From Promethearchaeia archaeon (GTDB lineage Archaea; Asgardarchaeota; Lokiarchaeia; Sigyniarchaeales; SOKP01), in assembly GCA_029856145.1 (NCBI GenBank), contig JAHQWK010000001.1, positions 224,001-288,000 of the forward strand: 64,000 nt of DNA. The letters run 5' to 3'. Positions 20,404 to 27,472 of this stretch are shown piece by piece; positions within the stretch are counted from its first letter, which is position 1, and the number at the start of each line of letters is the position of its first letter. The notes under the pieces are model-generated. The model searched no databases. It was not told where the DNA came from and worked only from the letters and a program-made list of their open reading frames with translations. A program made the translations under genes and the position numbers.

Positions 20404-22116
20404 TTAATTTTTTCGTAAAAGTTTTTTATCTACTTTTCCAACTACCGTAAGTGGCAATTCTTCTGTAAATTCAAACAATTTTGGAACTTCATATGGTGCG
20501 CATTCTTTCTTAGCAAATGCTAAAATCTCTTCTTTTAAAGTTTCTTCATTATCGTATTCATAATCTGGCGCAATTTGTATTACAGCTTTAACAATTTCAG
20601 ATCCAGGTCTATCAGGATTTGGAACGCCGATAGTGGCTATCATTTCAATAGCAGGATGCTTTGTTAAAGTATCTTCCAATTTTGCAGAGAAGACTTTAAA
20701 TCCACCAACAATAATCATATCTTTTGTTCGATCTGCAATTCTTACATACCCCTCTTCATCCATAATTCCAACATCACCAGTATGCATGAAGCCATCTGAA
20801 TCAATAGCATTCTTAGTTTCTTCTGGTTTGTTATGGTATCCATCCATAACCATCGGGCCTTTAATGCAAATCTCTCCGGCTTCGCCTAAAGGTACTTTTT
20901 CCCCTGTGTCAGGGTCTACAAGCTTAAAATCTACATTAGGGAAGGGTAGACCAATATGTCCCAGTTTTTTATTCCCTCTTGAAGGATTGCCAATTGTTAA
21001 TGGTGAAGTTTCAGTCATTCCATATAATTCTATGAGTTTTCCTTCACCAATTACACCTTCAAATATCTCCTGTGATTCCTTTGGAAAAGGCGCTGCTGCG
21101 GATATTGCATAATCAATCATATTTCTGCCGATTTTTTTGAATTTTGGATTCTTTATCAACATTTGATACAATGTAGGTACGTTTGCCAAGACGGTGGGCC
21201 TATATTTTAACATTTCTTTAATAATATGGTTAGTGTCTCTCGGATTTGGTATTAAAATCTGACTCCAACCTAACATTATTACATTCGAGCAAGTAAATAA
21301 TCCTGCTATATGGAAAAATGGGAACCCTGACAATCCAAAGCCTGTTCCAAATTCCCAGCTAAGCCAATGCTGAAATATTTTTATATCTGCAACGAAATTT
21401 CTATGACTTAACCTCGCTCCTTTTGGGGGTCCAGTAGTACCACCAGTATATTGAATGAATGCAATATCTTCTGGATTTATTTTTACATTTGGTAATTCAT
21501 CAGGATATTTGCCTTTGATTTGTTTATGATATTCAAGCACAATTATTCCTTCTAATGGAGTAACTTTCCCCTTAGGTATCTTCCCTACCATTTTTCCTAG
21601 CTTTGCTAACATTTTCGGCATGAATCCGCCAACTGAGGTTGTAATAACAAGCTTTAATGATGGAATTTTTGTATAAATCTTAGTAATATGACCTGCAAAA
21701 ATAGCATCCAAAGTAAGCAAAGCAACTTGTTTTCCTCCAGCTCCTAAATCGTTTAATTGATATTGTATCTGAACAGCCGAAAGAAGTGGAGAGACACCTG
21801 AAACGATAATTCCTGCTTTTAAACCTCCCAAAATTCCAATTATATATTCAGGAATATTGGCGGTATTTATTCCAAGAACATCCCCTTTTTTAAGTCCATT
21901 TTCAATTAACATATGAGCAAATTCGTTTGATAACTTATCTAATTCTCCATACGTAATTTCTGTTCCATAAAAAGCAAGCGCTAATTTTTCAGGGAGTTCT
22001 TCAAATGCTCTTCTAGCAATTTCAGTAAAAGAAGCTTCGAACTCTTTAGGATCCAGATCCTTAATATTTGAGTCCCATTTTGACTTCCAGAACCTATCTT
22101 TATATTGTTTTGACAT
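20404..22116 (-). CDS. fadD: Long-chain acyl-CoA synthetase, tandem paralog
   Basis: QYTGGTTGPPKG, YGMTETSP, TGDVG, LPLTVVGK; co-linear with 18495-20210. Confidence 0.9.
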   Translation of the reverse strand: MSKQYKDRFWKSKWDSNIKDLDPKEFEASFTEIARRAFEELPEKLALAFYGTEITYGELDKLSNEFAHMLIENGLKKGDVLGINTANIPEYIIGILGGLKAGIIVSGVSPLLSAVQIQYQLNDLGAGGKQVALLTLDAIFAGHITKIYTKIPSLKLVITTSVGGFMPKMLAKLGKMVGKIPKGKVTPLEGIIVLEYHKQIKGKYPDELPNVKINPEDIAFIQYTGGTTGPPKGARLSHRNFVADIKIFQHWLSWEFGTGFGLSGFPFFHIAGLFTCSNVIMLGWSQILIPNPRDTNHIIKEMLKYRPTVLANVPTLYQMLIKNPKFKKIGRNMIDYAISAAAPFPKESQEIFEGVIGEGKLIELYGMTETSPLTIGNPSRGNKKLGHIGLPFPNVDFKLVDPDTGEKVPLGEAGEICIKGPMVMDGYHNKPEETKNAIDSDGFMHTGDVGIMDEEGYVRIADRTKDMIIVGGFKVFSAKLEDTLTKHPAIEMIATIGVPNPDRPGSEIVKAVIQIAPDYEYDNEETLKEEILAFAKKECAPYEVPKLFEFTEELPLTVVGKVDKKLLRKN

Positions 22117-22450
22117 TTTAATTCATTGTTTTTTTTTTAATTTTAAAATTACAAGATTGATATTATACGTTACTTATTATAAAGTTTGATTTTACATTTC
22201 CTTCATATTACATAATTCTGAACTAAAACATAAAGACATTTTCGTCGGGAATAAAGTATGGTTATAACCTTATTCTTTTCATTTTTACTTTTAATCACCC
22301 CTCTCCGTCTTCATGAAACAATTTTACTTTTAAAAGAATGTTTCTTCTTGTAAAAAGAAATGATATTACTTACCTATGGAGAAATTACATATATTTCAGA
22401 AAATTGTCGGCGTATCTTCGTTTTATTTTGAAGAATCGTTACTTCATGTG

Positions 22451-23200
22451 ATGAATTTGAATCAAACAGGATTCACATTATATAAAAGGAACAATAATAC
22501 TTCCCTCATTTCAAGTGGGGATGGCACGTTAGATGAGTTACTTTCTGGGGGCTTTCATCAAGATTTAGTGTATTTGCTCTATGGAGATAAGAAGCTAACG
22601 ACCAATATTTTATTAACTACGGCTGTTATTGCCCAAAAAGCTTTTAACAATGGAGGGCTTGGAGAAGGTATTAGAGTTGCCTTTATCGATGGAAATAATC
22701 GGTTTAATCCTTATAATGTAAGTAAGTTTGCGGTTTCCCAGAATTTGTCCCCTCGGAAAGTGTTAGAAAACATCATGATCTCGAGAGCGTTTACATGGGA
22801 TCAAATGGTCGAGATTTTGGAGAATAGACTTTCCGCACTTGAAGATGTGAAAGTAGTGTTAATCTCTGGGATTACAACTCTGTTTGAAGGCTATGAGAAA
22901 CAGACTTTCGAAGATCTACTAAGAACTATAGACGGAATTAAACAAATACTCTGGAAAACAAATCCCCTCATTATTATAACGGCACCTTTACACGAACATT
23001 CTCTTTTTAGACCGAAGGGTGGAAAAATTCTTTCTCATTTTGGAAATGTGTTAGTGATGATAAATGATGATGATCGGTATGTAGAATATGTTCTCGTCCA
23101 ACACCCATATCTTCCAGAGAATCGGTTGTTAAAGTGGAAATCTCGTACACCCAAGAAAAAAGTTCCTTTAAAGAATACAACATTAGATTATTGGTTTTAA
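22451..23200 (+). CDS. RadA/Rad51-like protein with inactivated P-loop (PolB2-associated type)
   Basis: ISSGDGTLDELLSGGF, AFIDGNNRFNPY, VLENIMISRAFTWDQ; Walker A replaced by YGDKKLTT; C-terminal NTTLDYWF; start may be 22376-22451. Confidence 0.85.
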   Translation: MNLNQTGFTLYKRNNNTSLISSGDGTLDELLSGGFHQDLVYLLYGDKKLTTNILLTTAVIAQKAFNNGGLGEGIRVAFIDGNNRFNPYNVSKFAVSQNLSPRKVLENIMISRAFTWDQMVEILENRLSALEDVKVVLISGITTLFEGYEKQTFEDLLRTIDGIKQILWKTNPLIIITAPLHEHSLFRPKGGKILSHFGNVLVMINDDDRYVEYVLVQHPYLPENRLLKWKSRTPKKKVPLKNTTLDYWF

Positions 23201-23205
23201 ATATA

Positions 23206-23628
23206 TCACCAAAAGGCTTTTTCAAATTTATCGATAGTGTCCTGTAAACTATCTTTAATATGCTTTTCAAAATCAGTAAAAACACTTATATCATTATCCC
23301 AGTTATCAAGCATCTCTTTTGGATATAGATTAAAGAATTTATTTACAATACTCTTTATTTCTTCTTTAACTTTTTTCTCCTTAGTCTTTTTAGAGGAATT
23401 TACAATAAAAGATAATCCATGCTGTTTTGTGATAATATATTTTTTATCTTTTAGCTCAAAATTAGATAAACCTCCTCTTTCTAATTCTTCTGCTAATAGG
23501 TTTAAAGCGGACAGTAATGCACCAATTAACTGGTCATCAACGTTTCTATCAAAAACACGATGATATAAGACAGCGCCAGCATCATTTAATATCCAAATAT
23601 CTTGTATTACCTTTTCCACAGAAATCAC
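23206..23628 (-). CDS. Longin-like domain protein (Asgard eukaryotic-signature type)
   Basis: IWILNDAGAVLYHR (two strands), LIGALLSALNLLAEEL helix, three strands, IVNKFFNLY helix, FTDFEKHI. Confidence 0.7.
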   Translation of the reverse strand: MISVEKVIQDIWILNDAGAVLYHRVFDRNVDDQLIGALLSALNLLAEELERGGLSNFELKDKKYIITKQHGLSFIVNSSKKTKEKKVKEEIKSIVNKFFNLYPKEMLDNWDNDISVFTDFEKHIKDSLQDTIDKFEKAFW

Positions 23629-23718
23629 AGATTATTACATTCAAATTAACTATTAAGTTAATTAAAAAAAAATATATATAAAATATTTAATGTTTAGTTT
23701 TTAAAAAACTAGTATTTA

Positions 23719-24450
23719 TTATTCACTAGATCTCGGTCTAATATATCCATAATATGCTCCAAAAATTCCAGCAATGGCAGAAACCCACGCTAAGTAATAG
23801 AACACTGTAAATCCAGGGCCTCCTAAAAATACAAATACTCGATCTATTGCAAAATTGAGAAAGATCAACATAAAGCTAAATGACATAATTGCTAATGATA
23901 AAAATGCTTGTTTATATGCTTTCTCCTCTACAGCTCGATAAGATTCTATTGCTCTTCGTAGAAAAGGGGCATACACCATAACCATATAAATAAATACAAT
24001 CAAGAACGCAAAAACATCTAAAAAATCATTATTATTTTCATAGATTAATAAAACATAGACACAACTAAATAATCCATAAATTGATACGATAATTTTTTGA
24101 ACTGTGTTATATCCCTTTTCAAAAACATTCACCTTTAATATGTAAGATAAGAAAATAGCAATTGTTACAAGGAATTCGCTTAACCTAAAATCTTCTACTA
24201 TGTTATACAAATATGCATTTATAGAACCATCTTGTACCACACTTAGCTGTGTCACTACAAAAACTTTTGATAACCAAGAAAAAACAATTGCTAAAAAGTA
24301 GCCGAGAAAAATTAATAAAAGTAAACGAGTTAAGTTATGACGTTTAATGAAATATTTCTTTAATATCAGCACAAGCAAAACTGCAGCGAAGATTAATATA
24401 AAGGATTCAAAGATCATACCAATAAAATTTAAATATATATTTTCAACCAT
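23719..24450 (-). CDS. Membrane protein with about 7 TM helices, unknown function
   Basis: Seven hydrophobic segments in 243 aa with short basic loops. Confidence 0.75.
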   Translation of the reverse strand: MVENIYLNFIGMIFESFILIFAAVLLVLILKKYFIKRHNLTRLLLLIFLGYFLAIVFSWLSKVFVVTQLSVVQDGSINAYLYNIVEDFRLSEFLVTIAIFLSYILKVNVFEKGYNTVQKIIVSIYGLFSCVYVLLIYENNNDFLDVFAFLIVFIYMVMVYAPFLRRAIESYRAVEEKAYKQAFLSLAIMSFSFMLIFLNFAIDRVFVFLGGPGFTVFYYLAWVSAIAGIFGAYYGYIRPRSSE

Positions 24451-24522
24451 GATATATTATTATGAAAATCTGAACATTTAAAATTTTATTTTAAGAAATA
24501 AATATTAAATAACTGAAAAAAA

Positions 24523-24627
24523 GTCCAAGACTTATATCTTTCAGATAATAGGTTATAAAAGTGGAAACCTTGTATATCCAAGAAAAAAGCTCCTTTAAAA
24601 AATACGACATTAGATTATTGGGTTTAG
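24523..24627 (+). repeat. Degenerate direct copy of the last 105 bp of the radA-like gene (23096-23200)
   Basis: Ungapped alignment with 17 mismatches in 105 bp; reads VQDLYLSDNRL*KWKPCISKKKAPLKNTTLDYWV*. Confidence 0.93.
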
Positions 24628-24793
24628 TTTTCATTTCAACTGAATTTGTTTTCCGCGATTCATATAATTCAAGAAAACGTGAATTTATCTATATCATACT
24701 AAATAAATATATAAATGTGAATAGCTTTTAAATAATGTGAAATAATAGTCACTGTCATCTAATAAAAAAATAATTCGTATGATGTGAAGAATT

Positions 24794-25309
24794 TTGGACA
24801 TTAAAATTTTTAAAAAGACATTTAAATTTATCTGTGATGAATGTGGAGAATTTACACATACAAAATCGGAATATTGCGAAAATTGTGGGGCACAGGCTTT
24901 AAGGAATGCAACAAATGAGGATTATACGAGATATGAAAAGGAAAAAATAAGTGAAGTTAAAGAACTTCGGATAGAATCTGAGAAAGTTGAGGAAACTAGG
25001 CACGTTGCTGAGAGAGCTGAGAAGGTAGCTGAGAAAGCTAGGATGGTTGCTGAGAGAGCTGAGATAAAAGCTGAGAAGGTAGCTGAGAATGTAATTAAGA
25101 AAGCTAAGAATGCTGGGAAGGAAACTGAGAAAGCTGAAAAGATAGCTAAGAAGGTAACTGAGAAAGCTGAGAAGGCTGCTGAGAAAGCTGAGAAGGAAGT
25201 TAAGAAGGCTGTTGAGAAAGCTAAGGAGAAAGCAGAGAAAACTAAGAAGGCTGCTGAGAAAGCTAAGGAGAAAGCAGAAAAAACTAAGAAGGTGGCTGAG
25301 AAAACTTAG
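24794..25309 (+). CDS. Zn-ribbon protein with A/E/K low-complexity helical tail
   Basis: CDEC..CENC followed by about 100 aa of KAEK/AEKA repeats; TTG start. Confidence 0.75.
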   Translation: MDIKIFKKTFKFICDECGEFTHTKSEYCENCGAQALRNATNEDYTRYEKEKISEVKELRIESEKVEETRHVAERAEKVAEKARMVAERAEIKAEKVAENVIKKAKNAGKETEKAEKIAKKVTEKAEKAAEKAEKEVKKAVEKAKEKAEKTKKAAEKAKEKAEKTKKVAEKT

Positions 25310-25415
25310 CTTTTTTGATAGTATAATTTGATTTATTTCTTCGAGGATTAGTGATAGTCTAGGTATTTTAGGAGATTTGTAGCATATAACTAACCTAAAA
25401 TGAATTTAGTCTTCT

Positions 25416-25826
25416 TCAATCTTTTTTTTTATACATATGGGGGTCATTTTCTTCTAAAATTAATTTGTCGCCTCCATACTGAATCTTTTTAGCTTGATAA
25501 TTAAGTTTAGTTTTCTCATCACAGATTTTATTCCATTCTTCTAATCCTAACATTTGGGTCATAACAGAATTATACACTTTGGAATTATGAGGCTTGAAAA
25601 TTTCAAAATTTCCAATAGGTTATAACATTTCACAAGGAAAATCTTCACATTCATAACAAAGGTCATGTCCTTTATTTGTAACACATACGTAAATTTTGCA
25701 CATTGGGTACTTGAGGATTTGACCTTCTAATTCTCGACACCCTTTACATCCGAAAAAATTTACGCCAGGGCACCTTTTACAATAAATTCCACAGGGACCA
25801 TGCCATTTTTTTAAGTCTTCAGTCAT
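25416..25826 (-). pseudogene. DUF3795-like Cys-rich protein with one in-frame TAA
   Basis: PCGIYCKRC..CKGC..CKIYVC..CYECEDFPCEML*PIGNFEIFKPHNSKVYNS..GLEEWNKI continues in frame to TGA at 25416. Confidence 0.8.
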
Positions 25827-25917
25827 AAATTAGACATTAAGCATGGTTTTATTGTATTAAAATAATAAGTTTCAGTGTTATTTAATATTTTTTTTTTATT
25901 TTTAGGTAGTATTTAAA

Positions 25918-26058
25918 GTGAGTTATTTTGTATTTCCTAAGGGAGATGTAAAAAAATGTGAATTGTGTGAAGGTAATGGTATATTATATGTTTGGAGAAG
26001 TGATTAGGAAGATTTTGATTTGATAATATGTCCAGAATGTAATGAAAAAGAAGATTGA
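25918..26058 (+). pseudogene. Small CxxCxGxG zinc-finger remnant with in-frame TAG
   Basis: DVKKCELCEGNGILYVWRSD*EDFDLIICPECNEKED*; TAG at 26005-26007. Confidence 0.55.
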
Positions 26059-26072
26059 TCCATTAAATCTTA

Positions 26073-27041
26073 TCATTTTATGCCAAAGAGTTTAGCTGCA
26101 TTACTATAAAGCCATTTTTCTTTTACATCTTCTTTTAAAGGCAAATTTATAACTTCATCAGCCAGCTGTCTTATTGACATTCTCATAAAAAGCCAGGTGG
26201 AGCCAAATAGAATTTTATCTTGCAAGACTGAATTTCCATAATGGATGAGAGGTTCCCAACCTGTTCCTTTCATTCCAATGTATTTAGGTAGGTAGGAAGC
26301 GATATCAATATAAATATTAGGATTACGCCAAGCAACAGCAACCATTTCATTAACCCAAGGCCATCCTCCATGTCCCGCAATTATTTTTAATTCAGGAAAG
26401 TCTTGAGCAACAACATCAAGATAAATTGGTCGTTCTACTTCCATTGTATTAGTAGAATAATTTATAGATATATGAAACCATATAGGAATATCAAGTTCTA
26501 CACATGTAGAATAAATGGGATACATTTTTTTATTAGTTGGTGCCATTTGAAACATAAATGGTCTAATTGCAATCCCTCTGAGACCCAACTCATATGATCT
26601 TCTTATTTCTTGTATAGCTTTCTTTTTTTTTAATGGATCAATCCCAGCAAATCCAATAAATTTATCAGGAAAATGTCTCACTATTTGAGCATAATAATCA
26701 TTTGGAAGTCCAGCAATACCACTTGGTGTTTCTTCATCTAGATTGAAAATAACTGCCTTTTCTACACCCATTTTGTCAAGTTGAACAACAAACTTTTCAA
26801 TAGACATAGTTAACTTTCTTATTTTAGGTAAAAATGGTTTAATTGCTTCCTTAAGTTCGGAGGTACTTAGTGTTGATTTCATTTCATATAGCTCTTCTGG
26901 TGTAATACCTAAAAGAGGTGCTACTCTTGGACCAAAAACATCCTTAAGGTATCGTGCCATTTGAGGGGGTAATGAAACTAAAAGATCCACAAAGACTTCT
27001 TCAGTAGGCACATAGCAAAGAGAATCGATTATCTTATACAC
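26073..27041 (-). CDS. Amidohydrolase family 2 protein
   Basis: FIGFAGIDP, IPIWFH, FPELKIIAGHGGWPW, NIYIDIA, KILFGS, NAAKLFG. Confidence 0.88.
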   Translation of the reverse strand: MYKIIDSLCYVPTEEVFVDLLVSLPPQMARYLKDVFGPRVAPLLGITPEELYEMKSTLSTSELKEAIKPFLPKIRKLTMSIEKFVVQLDKMGVEKAVIFNLDEETPSGIAGLPNDYYAQIVRHFPDKFIGFAGIDPLKKKKAIQEIRRSYELGLRGIAIRPFMFQMAPTNKKMYPIYSTCVELDIPIWFHISINYSTNTMEVERPIYLDVVAQDFPELKIIAGHGGWPWVNEMVAVAWRNPNIYIDIASYLPKYIGMKGTGWEPLIHYGNSVLQDKILFGSTWLFMRMSIRQLADEVINLPLKEDVKEKWLYSNAAKLFGIK

Positions 27042-27196
27042 ATCTAATCATCTCATAAATCCTATATAGTAATATTTTCGGAACTATTATTATTTTCCTT
27101 ATTAAAAAAAATCAGAAAATTTGTATTGCATTTTTGTTTTAATTTGCCGAAAAACTTTCTTTCTTGGATTTTTAATTAATATCAAAAGTGTAAGAA

Positions 27197-27469
27197 ATGG
27201 GAAGAACTGTACCCTCTTTTAGACCTGCGCTTGAACATGAAATTGAAAGCTGGAAGGACTTCAAAAGAGCATTACGTCCTGACGAGCAGAAAATATTTGA
27301 CAAGTTGATGAATTTCGCTCGAATACACGCGGATGCGGGTAGCATGAGCGCACGTCCAATGTTGTCGGAAGTATTGTTTATTTCCTTTGCAGTTGAACAA
27401 GAAAAAAAAATCGAGATGCTAGAAGAGAAAGTAAAAGAATTAGAAGAAATGATAAAAGGAATAGATTAG
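27197..27469 (+). CDS. Small helical PolB2-associated protein (arCOG07300-like)
   Basis: MGRTVPSFR..W..FKRALR..Q..FD.L...AR.HA pattern; stop codon 3 bp before the polB2 start. Confidence 0.8.
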   Translation: MGRTVPSFRPALEHEIESWKDFKRALRPDEQKIFDKLMNFARIHADAGSMSARPMLSEVLFISFAVEQEKKIEMLEEKVKELEEMIKGID

Positions 27470-27472
27470 AAA

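Noticed and set aside
23096-24627. Calling the repeat-bounded segment an autonomous mobile element
   Set aside because: No integrase, transposase or terminal inverted repeats, and the copies are 16 percent diverged; reported only as a scar
24970-25309. Repetitive DNA as a CRISPR array
   Set aside because: Repeats are in-frame coding low-complexity units with no unique spacers, and no cas genes are present
25620-26007. In-frame stops as selenocysteine or pyrrolysine recoding
   Set aside because: The stops are TAA and TAG at non-Cys positions, not TGA; no SECIS-like element or pyl genes seen; pseudogenisation is simpler
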